Shown: positions 19,743-29,169, counted from the first letter of the stretch. The stretch is DNA of 64,000 bases from an uncultured Candidatus Saccharibacteria bacterium (GCA_964478705.1 CAYZIR010000002.1:23760-87759); one strand, 5' to 3'. Translations and numbers: made by a program. The notes: generated by a model not told the origin, from the letters alone.

Positions 19743-20144
19743 ATGGCGGTAGCAAAAAAATACATTGAAGGAATCGGACGTCGAAAGGAAGCGAATGCAC
19801 GCGTTCGTGTCACATTCGATGCGTCAAAGCCAACGTTTGTTGTAAACGACAAACCGCTTGATGAATTTTTCCCACTCCGCGATCTTCAAATGATTGCTCG
19901 CGAAGCGCTTGTAAAGGCTGATAAAGCAGATGCTGCTGTCACGGTGAAAGTTGTTGGTGGAGGAATTCACGCACAGGCTGAAGCAATTCGCCTTGGTACC
20001 GCACGCGCATTGGTTGCACTCGACAAAACACACCGTGCCGTGTTGAAACCAGCAGGCTTCCTTAAGCGTGACCCTCGTACTGTTGAACGAAAGAAATTCG
20101 GCTTGAAGAAAGCCCGCAAGTCTCCACAGTGGGCGAAGCGTTAA
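19743..20144 (+). CDS. rpsI: 30S ribosomal protein S9
   Basis: S9 homology, C-terminal KKARKSPQWAKR. Confidence 0.9.
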   Translation: MAVAKKYIEGIGRRKEANARVRVTFDASKPTFVVNDKPLDEFFPLRDLQMIAREALVKADKADAAVTVKVVGGGIHAQAEAIRLGTARALVALDKTHRAVLKPAGFLKRDPRTVERKKFGLKKARKSPQWAKR

Positions 20145-20149
20145 TTCCT

Positions 20150-20290
20150 TTTTGCCCACTGTGGCGGAAAGGGGTCGGGGAAACTCTCGTTTTCTCGTGG
20201 AGGAATGCAGGGCGAAGCCCGTTGAGAACCGTGGGTTCTTAAAGAGCGAGATGCTAATCTCGCGACGCAGGGGTGCAAAACGTTAGTTTA
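20150..20290 (+). other. structured intergenic region with three tight hairpins; possible small RNA or 3' UTR element
   Basis: GGGC-gaa-GCCC, GAACC-gtg-GGTTC and GCGAGAT-gcta-ATCTCGC in tandem. Confidence 0.25.
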
Positions 20291-20311
20291 AATGCAAAGA
20301 GCAATATCAAA

Positions 20312-20355
20312 AAACAAAATCCAATTTCTCACGCTAAGAAATTGGATTTTGTTTC
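20312..20355. repeat. 18-bp perfect inverted repeat (8-nt loop) upstream of grpE-dnaK; terminator and/or heat-shock operator candidate
   Basis: aaacaaaatccaatttct-cacgctaa-agaaattggattttgttt. Confidence 0.6.
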
Positions 20356-20443
20356 AGTAACTTTTGTTACACGGTACATGTTTCGTGATTATTTGACCTT
20401 TCTGTCAATTCATTTGTCGAGAGAAACATTGTAAAATACACCT

Positions 20444-21007
20444 ATGACGAAGAAGAAAGAAACCTCTCCTGAAGATATTGAGATCATAGAAGACGAAGAG
20501 ACCGTCGCTCGGAAACCTTTTGGTAAGAGCGACAGTAAACTTCGTGATGAGCTCGATCAGGCAAACAAAGAGAAAAAGGAGTACCTTGCCGGCTGGCAAC
20601 GTGCCCAGGCAGACCTCGCAAATTTCCGTAAAGACGCGTTTGAGGCCGAAAAGAAGGTCTTTCCGAGGGCTTTAACGACCATCCTGACCGACCTCTTGCC
20701 GGTCTTGGATAGCTTTGACCTCGCGTTTGGCAATAAAGAAGCATGGGAATCCGCTCCAAAGAATTGGCGTGATGGTGTCACCTATATCCATCAACAATTC
20801 TTAAGCGTTCTCTCGGGGTATGGCGTTTCGGTGATTGATCCCCTTGGCGAGCAGTTTAACCCCTCTGTCCACGAATCAATCGAAGCGATACCTGTTGCAG
20901 AGGCGGATAAAGACGGTAAAATCCTCTCCGTAATGCAAAAAGGGTATCGCATGGGCGAAACAATCATACGCCCGGCCCGTGTGAGAGTTGCAAAATTTGA
21001 GGAGTGA
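20444..21007 (+). CDS. grpE: nucleotide exchange factor GrpE
   Basis: GrpE coiled-coil and C-terminal domain. Confidence 0.9.
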   Translation: MTKKKETSPEDIEIIEDEETVARKPFGKSDSKLRDELDQANKEKKEYLAGWQRAQADLANFRKDAFEAEKKVFPRALTTILTDLLPVLDSFDLAFGNKEAWESAPKNWRDGVTYIHQQFLSVLSGYGVSVIDPLGEQFNPSVHESIEAIPVAEADKDGKILSVMQKGYRMGETIIRPARVRVAKFEE

Positions 21008-21094
21008 AACGACTACAAATTTCGACAACCCCGTGAGACCTCGTAAATTTTTAAACAATACAAACCAACTTACTAACTAATACACACAATAAAT

Positions 21095-22969
21095 ATGAGC
21101 AAAATCCTTGGAATCGATCTTGGAACAACAAACTCTGCTATGGCGGTGATGCAGGGAGGCGAGCCGACCATCATTGAGAACAGCGAGGGCGCACGAACGA
21201 CCCCGTCAATCGTTGCGGTCAGCAAGACAGGCGACCGTTTGGTTGGTTTGATCGCACGCCGTCAGGCCGTCACGAACCCAAAGAACACCATCTACGGCAT
21301 CAAGCGTTTGATGGGACACAAGTTTGATGAGGATGCGGTTCAGAAGGAGAAAACCGTCGTTCCCTACGAAATCATCCGCGCATCGGACGGTTCTGCTGCG
21401 GTGAAGATGAACGACAAGGAATACCGCCCAGAAGAGGTATCAGCGATGATCTTGGGAAAGCTTAAAGCAGATGCTGAAGCAAAACTTGGTGAGAAAATCA
21501 CCGAGGCGGTCATCACCGTGCCCGCATACTTCAATGACTCACAGCGAAAAGCGACCAAAGATGCTGGAGCGATTGCGGGGTTGGATGTGAAGCGTATCAT
21601 CAACGAACCAACAGCTGCAGCGCTTGCATACGGCTTCAACAAGAAAGCAAACGAGCAAATCGCGGTCTTCGACTTTGGTGGAGGAACATTCGACATTTCA
21701 GTGCTTGAGGTATCTGCAGCAGAAGGCGAGCAGAGTGTTGAAGTGAAGGCAACCGGTGGAGACAGCCACCTCGGAGGGCGTGACATCGACCAGAAGGTGA
21801 TTGAGTGGATCATCACTGAATACAAGAAGGAATCAGGTATCGACGTTTCAAAAGACCCACTCGCACTCCAGCGTTTGGACGAAGCAGCCGAAAAAGCAAA
21901 GATCGAACTCTCAACAGCAACAGAAACCGAAATCAATCTCCCATTCATCACGTCAGACTCGTCAGGTCCTCGTCACTTGGTGATGAAAATCTCTCGCGCA
22001 ACGCTCGAGAATATCGCACGCGAATTCATCGATCGTGCACTTACGATCACGAAGCAAGTTATTGCTGATTCACCATTTGAGATCAAAGATATTGATGAGG
22101 TGGTCTTGGTGGGAGGTCAGACCCGCATGCCAGCGATCCAGCAAGCGGTGAAAGAACTCTTCGGTAAAGAGCCAAACCGCTCAATCAACCCTGACGAAGT
22201 GGTAGCGCTTGGTGCTGCAATCCAGGCCGGCATCCTTCAAGGAGATGTCAAAGACGTGCTTTTGCTCGACGTGACCCCATTGTCGCTCGGTATTGAGACC
22301 TTGGGAGGTGTAGCAACAAAGCTTATCGAGAAGAACACCACCGTTCCTGCAAGCAAATCCCAGACCTTCTCGACTGCATCAGACAACCAGACCTCCGTTG
22401 AAATCCATGTGGTTCAAGGAGAACGCCCAATGGCGGCCGACAACAAAACACTCGGCCAATTTATCCTCGATGGTATTCCACCAGCACCTCGTGGTATGCC
22501 ACAAGTTGAGGTGACTTTTGACTTGGATGCAAACGGCATTCTTACCGTCAAAGCAAAGGATAAATCATCCGGCAAAGAGCAATCTATCCGTATCGAAGGC
22601 AGTGGAACCCTCTCTGAAACCGAAATCAACCGTATGAAAGCGGACGCAGAAGCGCATGCCGCAGAGGATGCAAAGAAGAAAGAGCTTGTGGACACTCGCA
22701 ACATGGCAGACCAGACAATCTTCACGGCAGAAAAAGCACTTAAAGACGCTGAAGGGAAGATCGGGGATGATGTGAAGACGTCAGTTACGGGAGCAATTGA
22801 GGAAGTACGCAAAGTGAAGGATGGAAGCGATATTGATGCGGTGAAGAAGGCGACGGAAGCATTGGTGACTGAGATGCAGAAGATTGGAGCTGCTATGCAG
22901 TCGCAGACCCCTCCGCAGGAAACTCCAAACGATGCAGCGGGAGGGGGTGAAGAAAAGAATGATCAATAA
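21095..22969 (+). CDS. dnaK: molecular chaperone DnaK (Hsp70)
   Basis: [16 protein letters not shown] and other Hsp70 signatures. Confidence 0.95.
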   Translation: MSKILGIDLGTTNSAMAVMQGGEPTIIENSEGARTTPSIVAVSKTGDRLVGLIARRQAVTNPKNTIYGIKRLMGHKFDEDAVQKEKTVVPYEIIRASDGSAAVKMNDKEYRPEEVSAMILGKLKADAEAKLGEKITEAVITVPAYFNDSQRKATKDAGAIAGLDVKRIINEPTAAALAYGFNKKANEQIAVFDFGGGTFDISVLEVSAAEGEQSVEVKATGGDSHLGGRDIDQKVIEWIITEYKKESGIDVSKDPLALQRLDEAAEKAKIELSTATETEINLPFITSDSSGPRHLVMKISRATLENIAREFIDRALTITKQVIADSPFEIKDIDEVVLVGGQTRMPAIQQAVKELFGKEPNRSINPDEVVALGAAIQAGILQGDVKDVLLLDVTPLSLGIETLGGVATKLIEKNTTVPASKSQTFSTASDNQTSVEIHVVQGERPMAADNKTLGQFILDGIPPAPRGMPQVEVTFDLDANGILTVKAKDKSSGKEQSIRIEGSGTLSETEINRMKADAEAHAAEDAKKKELVDTRNMADQTIFTAEKALKDAEGKIGDDVKTSVTGAIEEVRKVKDGSDIDAVKKATEALVTEMQKIGAAMQSQTPPQETPNDAAGGGEEKNDQ

Positions 22970-23147
22970 TGCGCCTTACCAGATTAACTTGGATAAGTAT
23001 GCCCCATAAGAAAAGCCAGTCTCACATTCAAGTTCGAGGTCCAAAGGGAAAATTTGTAAAAGATACTCCAGCAAATCGAAAAAAGAAGAATAACACCGTG
23101 GAACGAGTCCCTAATCCGGGATATGGAGATACCTAAGAATAACCAAC

Positions 23148-23176
23148 AATTCCGGCTTTATGCCGGAATTTGTGTT
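23148..23176 (+). terminator. rho-independent terminator of dnaK
   Basis: AATTCCGGC-tttat-GCCGGAATT followed by TGTGTT. Confidence 0.65.
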
Positions 23177-23201
23177 ATACAAGTGTCATGAATTCTTAAT
23201 T

Positions 23202-24686
23202 ATGCCTACTAAACGTCACACAATTTCTCTCAGCAAGCATCTGGATTTGACTCGCAAAAAATTGGAAAAGATTGGTGTTTTTGACGCAACCCTCGGTGTT
23301 GATACGAGACTCTTTATAGATCCTAAGCTTCTCATCAGATCTAAAATTCCCGAATTTAAGACGTCACGTTATAAAATACTGAAACATTTTGCCAAGCTGA
23401 TTCGCATTCATAAGCTATCTACTAAATCTTCACAGCTTGGCGAGATTGCGCTTTCAATGCTTGCGGTTCCCGAACCTCAAGGACTTGCGATTGGGTACGG
23501 ACATACGACGGATCGAGGTGTGGCAATTTCTGAATCAATCGCAAGAAAGATACTGTTACAGCTCAGTGAAATGATGTCTGTTGGATTGCAGGATAAAGAG
23601 TTGGTCGAACTAATGGCGCTGTTTGTGAAAGGATTTGCCTCCGACAGCATCAGTGATCTGTCGGCACATATTATTTATGACGATCTGTGTAGATATACAG
23701 AGCGAATAGCTAAAAAATTAAAGGTAGAAACAACACTTTTTGATGTAGGGGATAAAAAATACCAGTTACCTAAGCACCCTTTTAAAAACTCACAGGTAAT
23801 TTTTGTTCCTCACACTCTACTCAGCCCACTTCCTGTAGCTACTTCATGGGAGGAAATAGAAGCTGCTGCTGCACACAATCGAAAACTGAGGAAAACTTTT
23901 AGTGAAATTGTTAAGCCTAGTGTATATGCTGCGATCAAAGATTTGGAACGTCTGAATCCTGAGGAACGTGAGGATTTCAAGAGCGCGATAGAGAAGCTTG
24001 TTGAAGTCTATCAGGGTATTCGGGTATCGACATATAGCCTGCGACAAGATCGAAAGGGGTATTACGGCATCCAACCGTTTGTAGACAAGGAAGAGTCCAA
24101 TTATATTCCGTCTAACCTACCGACAACTGCGGAGGAACTAATCACTTCGGTTCGAGAGATTATCACACAGTACCAAAAATCTATTGAACATAATGCTGGT
24201 AATCGACTGCTCTATCATCGAACAAAATCAGGTTCAATTTTGAAAAATAAACCCCATAACGAAGACGTCGCTCAAAATTTGTTCTTCCAACTCGCTGATC
24301 AATACTGCTCAATGGCCAATATTCTTTTGTCCAGAGAGCCTAATGCGGGTATAGGTGCTGTTGATTTTTCATTAGGAAAAGGTTACGACTCTAAAATCTT
24401 AGTCGAAATCAAAAAATCTACCAACACTGGACTAGAGAGCGGCTACAAAAAACAAATAACGGCTTACGAGAAAAGCGAGTCATCAAAGCACTCTTTTTTT
24501 GTTGTGATTATCGTAAAGGAAGGAAAAAAGAAGAAAAATGAGTACCCCCCACAACTCCAAACGGTTAAAAATCTATACGACTCAAATGTCAGCAAATCTA
24601 TCTCTACTCCAGAATTGTTTATCATTGATGGCCTGATCTATCCCTCTCCCAGTAAGCGTCGTGAGAAAAGCAATACCTTATCTTAA
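23202..24686 (+). CDS. hypothetical protein with a PD-(D/E)xK-like motif near the C-terminus; candidate restriction endonuclease
   Basis: No recognised N-terminal domain; GAVDFSL...ILVEIKK fits D...ExK; AT-rich; first gene of a four-gene operon with an MTase. Confidence 0.4.
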   Translation: MPTKRHTISLSKHLDLTRKKLEKIGVFDATLGVDTRLFIDPKLLIRSKIPEFKTSRYKILKHFAKLIRIHKLSTKSSQLGEIALSMLAVPEPQGLAIGYGHTTDRGVAISESIARKILLQLSEMMSVGLQDKELVELMALFVKGFASDSISDLSAHIIYDDLCRYTERIAKKLKVETTLFDVGDKKYQLPKHPFKNSQVIFVPHTLLSPLPVATSWEEIEAAAAHNRKLRKTFSEIVKPSVYAAIKDLERLNPEEREDFKSAIEKLVEVYQGIRVSTYSLRQDRKGYYGIQPFVDKEESNYIPSNLPTTAEELITSVREIITQYQKSIEHNAGNRLLYHRTKSGSILKNKPHNEDVAQNLFFQLADQYCSMANILLSREPNAGIGAVDFSLGKGYDSKILVEIKKSTNTGLESGYKKQITAYEKSESSKHSFFVVIIVKEGKKKKNEYPPQLQTVKNLYDSNVSKSISTPELFIIDGLIYPSPSKRREKSNTLS

Positions 24687-24719
24687 TTTTATGGCCCTGT
24701 AGTAGGGTTGGGTTCAAAT

Positions 24720-25580
24720 ATGACCCCAGAACTGCTATATTTAAGGCCTCCCATGGCCACAAAAACGCAAACAAAGAAGGTGTTAGAGTCTGTTGGCCAG
24801 AAGCCGTATTTTCATGGTGATGATTTTGCCCTCTACCACGGCGATTCAATCGAACTCCTTTCAAAACTTCCTGAAAATTCAATCGACATGATTTTTGCCG
24901 ATCCTCCGTACAATCTCTCGAACGGAGGTTTTAGTGTTCATGCTGGACGCATGGTGAGTGTCAACAAGGGTGACTGGGACAGAAGTAAGGGTTTTCAAAA
25001 CGACTATGAATTTCATGTCCGCTGGCTCGAAGCCGTTCGTAAAGTACTAAAACCAGGAGGAACATTGTGGGTGAGTGGAACATATCACTCAATTTATCAA
25101 TGTGGCCATGCCATTCAATCGCTCGGATACCACATTTTGAATGATGTTTCGTGGTTTAAGCCAAACGCTTCGCCAAACTTAAGCTGCCGCTTCTTCACTG
25201 CAAGCCACGAAACATTAATTTGGGCACGCAAAGACAAGAAGGCAAAACACACCTTCAATTACGATAAAATGAAGAATGGTGATTGGGGTAGTGATTTCAT
25301 TAAAAAACCAGGGCTACAAATGCGCTCTGTCTGGTCTGTAGGAACACCAAAGCCGGACGAAAAGAAATTTGGTAAGCACCCGACACAAAAACCACTTGAA
25401 CTTTTGCGCCGTATTGTCCTGGCAAGTACCAAAAAAGGGGATATTGTTCTTGATCCATTCACCGGTAGTTCAACCACAGGTATCGCTGCTGCAAAAGAGG
25501 GTAGGAAGTTTATTGGTATTGATATGGAAAAGAACTACCTTGATCTTTCCGTTAAAAGGTTTAATTCTATTAAAATATGA
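24720..25580 (+). CDS. beta-class N6-adenine/N4-cytosine DNA methyltransferase
   Basis: Motif IV DPPY lies before motif I (DPFTGSSTTGIAA), i.e. beta-class permutation; the ORF track starts it at TTG 24708 but the first ATG is 24720. Confidence 0.85.
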   Translation: MTPELLYLRPPMATKTQTKKVLESVGQKPYFHGDDFALYHGDSIELLSKLPENSIDMIFADPPYNLSNGGFSVHAGRMVSVNKGDWDRSKGFQNDYEFHVRWLEAVRKVLKPGGTLWVSGTYHSIYQCGHAIQSLGYHILNDVSWFKPNASPNLSCRFFTASHETLIWARKDKKAKHTFNYDKMKNGDWGSDFIKKPGLQMRSVWSVGTPKPDEKKFGKHPTQKPLELLRRIVLASTKKGDIVLDPFTGSSTTGIAAAKEGRKFIGIDMEKNYLDLSVKRFNSIKI

Positions 25581-26098
25581 AAGAAGGTGGCTTTGGGGGA
25601 GGAAACACCATAACCGGATTAAACTTTGAAAAGGAGACGGATATCCTTTCTCTTTTGGCAACAAAAGCCGGATACGAAGTCAAAGACAACGTTATTTTCT
25701 ATGAAGGAAAGGAGGTTGCAAGAAACTATCGAAAAAATGGACTTTACAAGTTTCTCGAATCAAAAGGTGTCGACTATAAGAAAATTCTTTCCAAGAAACT
25801 CCTACCGGACGATGCACTTTATGTGATTTTAAACAACACTCTTTTTGTCATCGAAGTAAAGTTCCAAAAGGTTGCAGGTTCGGTTGACGAAAAGCTTCAA
25901 ACCTGCGATTACAAACGGAAACAGTACGCAAAATTGATGGCGCCTCTTAATATCGAGGTTGAGTATATTTATATTTTGAGCGACTGGTTTCGTGCAGAGT
26001 CTTATAAAGACACTTTAGATTACATAATCTCTGTTGGTTGTCAGTATTACTTCAAATATCTTCCTCTGCAAAAATTAGGATTGCCAGTACCGAACTAA
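25577..26098 (+). CDS. small PD-ExK-like protein, putative restriction endonuclease or partner subunit
   Basis: ATGA overlap with the MTase stop (translational coupling); DD...LFVIEVKFQK fits a D-x12-ExK core. Confidence 0.35.
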   Translation: MKEGGFGGGNTITGLNFEKETDILSLLATKAGYEVKDNVIFYEGKEVARNYRKNGLYKFLESKGVDYKKILSKKLLPDDALYVILNNTLFVIEVKFQKVAGSVDEKLQTCDYKRKQYAKLMAPLNIEVEYIYILSDWFRAESYKDTLDYIISVGCQYYFKYLPLQKLGLPVPN

Positions 26099-26106
26099 TC
26101 AAAAAA

Positions 26107-27789
26107 ATGCCTACAATAAATAATTCGACCAAGAAGACTCTTTCGAGTGTATTTGATAAGACTATTTTTAATATTCCTAGATACCAACGAGCTTACTCTT
26201 GGGAGGAAAGCAATTGGCGCGAATTGTGGGACGATATTAAAAATAATGTTCTAGAAAAAGACAAGGAGCATTTTCTTGGAGCAATAATTTATTATCATGG
26301 AGATTCCGGTGGCTCTCGATACACACATTATGAGGTCATTGACGGACAACAACGCATTACCACGCTCACAATCTTAATGCGTGTTCTATATGAAAAACTG
26401 AGAGAAAACAACGTTGAAGTCTATCAGAGATTTGCTGATGAACTCTATGAAAAATATATTGGTGATATAGAAAATGAAACTTTCTTCCTTAATTTAAGTA
26501 AAAAAGATCAAGTTTTCTTTAGAGAGTTTATCCAAAAGAGCGTTCCAATTAGAAAACAGGGGAAGTTAATTTCCAACAAAAGCATAAGAAAGTGTTATGA
26601 ATTTTTTGTAAAGAAAATCGATGACATTTCAAAAGAGAGCGGCATAAAAGAAATTGAAGAATTCTGTTGGGAATTAAAAAAGAAGCTCGAAACTAATTTG
26701 GTTTTTGTCGTCATTGATGTGAATACTGATGTAGATGCATATATGATTTTTGAAAGCATCAATTCCAAAAGACAAGGACTAACAACATCCGATCTTCTTA
26801 AAAACTATATATTTTCGGCTGCTGATCAATACGAAAAGATAAAGCCTGAATCAAAAAAATTATCAATTACAGAAGACGCATGGGACAGGATGGAACAAGA
26901 GCTAGACAGAATTGAAATAAACCAATATGTTCGACACTTTTGGATATCAAACTACGGAAAGGTTTTTGAGAAAGAACTTTATCAACAAATAAAACTCAAA
27001 TTCAATAATAATAACGAGGCGATATTAAACTTCTTTGAGAACGTCGTAACCGAGTCAGAGGCTTATTCGAGCATATTTAATGCAAACATTTCCAACTTTC
27101 CACAAGATGGTCTTCATGCGCTAGAACAACTACGTCAACTAAAAAATAGACAATACTACCCTTTAATACTATCTGCTTTGTCTGGGTGGCCTTCTCAGGA
27201 AGTTTCCGATCTCATAAAACAAATAGCTTCAGTGGCAGTTAGAAGAGCGCTTATTGGCAAAAACCCAAATGAACTAGAGAATTTCTTTGCTGAAAGCGCT
27301 TCAAAACTTAGAACCAAGAATGTTACCCCCCAAGATCTCATAACGATCCTTGCTACAGACTTCTGGATTGAAGACAGCGAGATCTTGGAAGAAATTAAAG
27401 ATACAGATTTCGAAGACCAGGAATACCTTGCAAAGTTCTTACTTAAGGAATTTGAAACAAGCAGTAATCCTGCCAATGAGAAAAGTCTTGGCAAGGTATC
27501 ACTTGAACATATTTTACCTAGAAATCCTGAGAGAGTTGAGGATTGGGATATGAAAGAAGATAGACAGACCGAGCTTGTTTGGAATATTGGCAATCTTGCC
27601 TTAATTGGTCAGACTTACAATAATAAGATGTCTAATAAATCTTTTTTAAAAAAGAAACCTTGGTTTAAGAAAACAGAAATTAAAACAACAGTTATTTTGG
27701 CAGAACACGAACAGTGGACAGAGAAGGAGATCTTAGAAAGAAACGCTCAGGTTGGAAAGTTTTTGATAAGATGGTGGGCAAAAAGTTAA
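26107..27789 (+). CDS. GmrSD-family type IV (modification-dependent) restriction enzyme-like protein (DUF262 + DUF1524)
   Basis: N-terminal DUF262 hallmarks (PRYQRAYSW, DGQQRITT); C-terminal His-Me/HNH-like block (SLEHILP...NIGNLALIG..YNN). Confidence 0.8.
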   Translation: MPTINNSTKKTLSSVFDKTIFNIPRYQRAYSWEESNWRELWDDIKNNVLEKDKEHFLGAIIYYHGDSGGSRYTHYEVIDGQQRITTLTILMRVLYEKLRENNVEVYQRFADELYEKYIGDIENETFFLNLSKKDQVFFREFIQKSVPIRKQGKLISNKSIRKCYEFFVKKIDDISKESGIKEIEEFCWELKKKLETNLVFVVIDVNTDVDAYMIFESINSKRQGLTTSDLLKNYIFSAADQYEKIKPESKKLSITEDAWDRMEQELDRIEINQYVRHFWISNYGKVFEKELYQQIKLKFNNNNEAILNFFENVVTESEAYSSIFNANISNFPQDGLHALEQLRQLKNRQYYPLILSALSGWPSQEVSDLIKQIASVAVRRALIGKNPNELENFFAESASKLRTKNVTPQDLITILATDFWIEDSEILEEIKDTDFEDQEYLAKFLLKEFETSSNPANEKSLGKVSLEHILPRNPERVEDWDMKEDRQTELVWNIGNLALIGQTYNNKMSNKSFLKKKPWFKKTEIKTTVILAEHEQWTEKEILERNAQVGKFLIRWWAKS

Positions 27790-27830
27790 AATAGGACAGA
27801 CACCTTTTTGAAAAATGGTAGAATGGGTGA

Positions 27831-28472
27831 ATGTACATCACCAAAATCGGCCATTGTTGCCTCCGTATCAAGGTTAACGGAGTAACATTCCTCACCGACC
27901 CGGGAGCGTATTCAGAAGGACAGGGGAGTGTCACGGGTATTGATATCATCCTTATCACCCACGAACATGGGGATCACCTCCACATCGAGTCGCTGAAAGA
28001 GGTGTTGAAGAACAATCCGACCGCAGACGTGATTACAAATGCAGGCGTCGGAGCTAAGCTTGGTGAAGCGGGGATTCCGTACACGATTTTGCAGGGAAGA
28101 GACTCATCCGAATCTCGAGGAATCATGCTCGAAGCATTCGATGCGAAGCACGAAGAGATCTTTGAGGACTTCGGTCAGGTGCAAAACACCGGCTATTTCA
28201 TTGCAGAGAAATTCTTTTATCCCGGCGACGCATTCAAAGACCCTGAACGCCCCGTCGATATCCTCGCGCTCCCCGTTGCAGGACCATGGTGCAAAATTGC
28301 TGATGCGGTTCACTATGCCCTGAGAGTGAAGCCTCGTGTCGCATTCCCGGTCCATGATGCAGGTGTCATTGAAGAGCGCCTCGGCAGTGCTCATGGCGCT
28401 CCCGCGCATTTCCTCCCAAAGCACGGCATTGAATTTGTCACTCTCAAAGAAGGTGATTCACACGAATTTTAG
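27831..28472 (+). CDS. MBL-fold metallo-hydrolase
   Basis: HEHGDH motif. Confidence 0.8.
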   Translation: MYITKIGHCCLRIKVNGVTFLTDPGAYSEGQGSVTGIDIILITHEHGDHLHIESLKEVLKNNPTADVITNAGVGAKLGEAGIPYTILQGRDSSESRGIMLEAFDAKHEEIFEDFGQVQNTGYFIAEKFFYPGDAFKDPERPVDILALPVAGPWCKIADAVHYALRVKPRVAFPVHDAGVIEERLGSAHGAPAHFLPKHGIEFVTLKEGDSHEF

Positions 28473-28487
28473 ACAGAATTTCTATAC

Positions 28488-29135
28488 ATGATCAAAGCAG
28501 TTATATTTGATATGGACGGGGTGATTTCTGACACGCAGAAACTCCATGCAAAAGTGGAATCTCGCATCCTTGCAGAGTTCGGCATAGTGCTTTCCCCCGA
28601 AGAAATTACGATGAGATATGCGGGCGTGAGAACACGCGAGTTCTTGTCTGACCTTTTGAATAAACAAGGAGCGGCCTACGACATTGAAGCTTTGCTCAAA
28701 GAGAAATGGGCTGCAATGGAGAAAGCAGCACAAGAAGAGGTTGAAGAAATTCCAGGCTCTGTCGCACTCATCACCGACTTACGGGAGAGGGGTATACCAC
28801 TCGCTGTTGCTTCCGCATCAAATCTTGAATATGTTCGCACCGTTCTTCAAAAACTCGGAGTATTTGAAAACTTTCAAGCGGTTGTGACAGGAGACATGGT
28901 ACAGAAAGGGAAGCCCGATCCTGAAAGCTTTCTTCTCGCTGCCGAGAAGTTAGGTGTCGCTCCTGAAGATTGTCTCGTGATAGAGGACGGAATCAGCGGA
29001 ATGGAAGCAGCAAAAAGAGCATCTATGTGTTGTATTGGATTGGTTGAAAACCTCAACAAAGAATACCCAACAAAAAACCTTGTTACCTCCATGAAAGATA
29101 TTTCACTCTCTTATATCCAAAGTCTCTCTACATAA
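28488..29135 (+). CDS. HAD-IA family hydrolase (beta-phosphoglucomutase-like)
   Basis: FDMDGVISDT motif I; C-terminal motifs K...EDGxSG. Confidence 0.8.
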   Translation: MIKAVIFDMDGVISDTQKLHAKVESRILAEFGIVLSPEEITMRYAGVRTREFLSDLLNKQGAAYDIEALLKEKWAAMEKAAQEEVEEIPGSVALITDLRERGIPLAVASASNLEYVRTVLQKLGVFENFQAVVTGDMVQKGKPDPESFLLAAEKLGVAPEDCLVIEDGISGMEAAKRASMCCIGLVENLNKEYPTKNLVTSMKDISLSYIQSLST

Positions 29136-29140
29136 AGCGT

Positions 29141-29169
29141 TATTGACAAAAACACTATTGTGGTGTATA
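29141..29169 (+). promoter_or_regulatory. consensus-like sigma70 promoter
   Basis: TTGACA, 17-nt spacer, TATATT; a GGAGG SD lies 6 nt before ATG 29225. Confidence 0.6.

Noticed and set aside
20150-20290. SRP (4.5S) RNA in the rpsI-grpE spacer
   Set aside because: A GGAGGAAUGCAG segment loosely recalls the SRP domain IV GGAAGCAG motif, but the GNRA-closed helix and the 3' partner strand could not be found.
21364-21951. 195-aa minus-strand ORF inside dnaK, and similar antisense ORFs (503..958, 1528..2037, 10491..10769, 36805..37590, 43155..43859, 53233..53793, 54001..54363, 60739..61497, 62689..63264)
   Set aside because: Each lies entirely within a well-supported gene on the opposite strand and has low-complexity composition and no motifs. 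They are shadow ORFs.
23148-27800. Flanking direct repeats, integrase or tRNA attachment site for the R-M island
   Set aside because: No recombinase gene and no convincing direct repeats longer than 10 bp at the boundaries. The insertion mechanism remains unknown.
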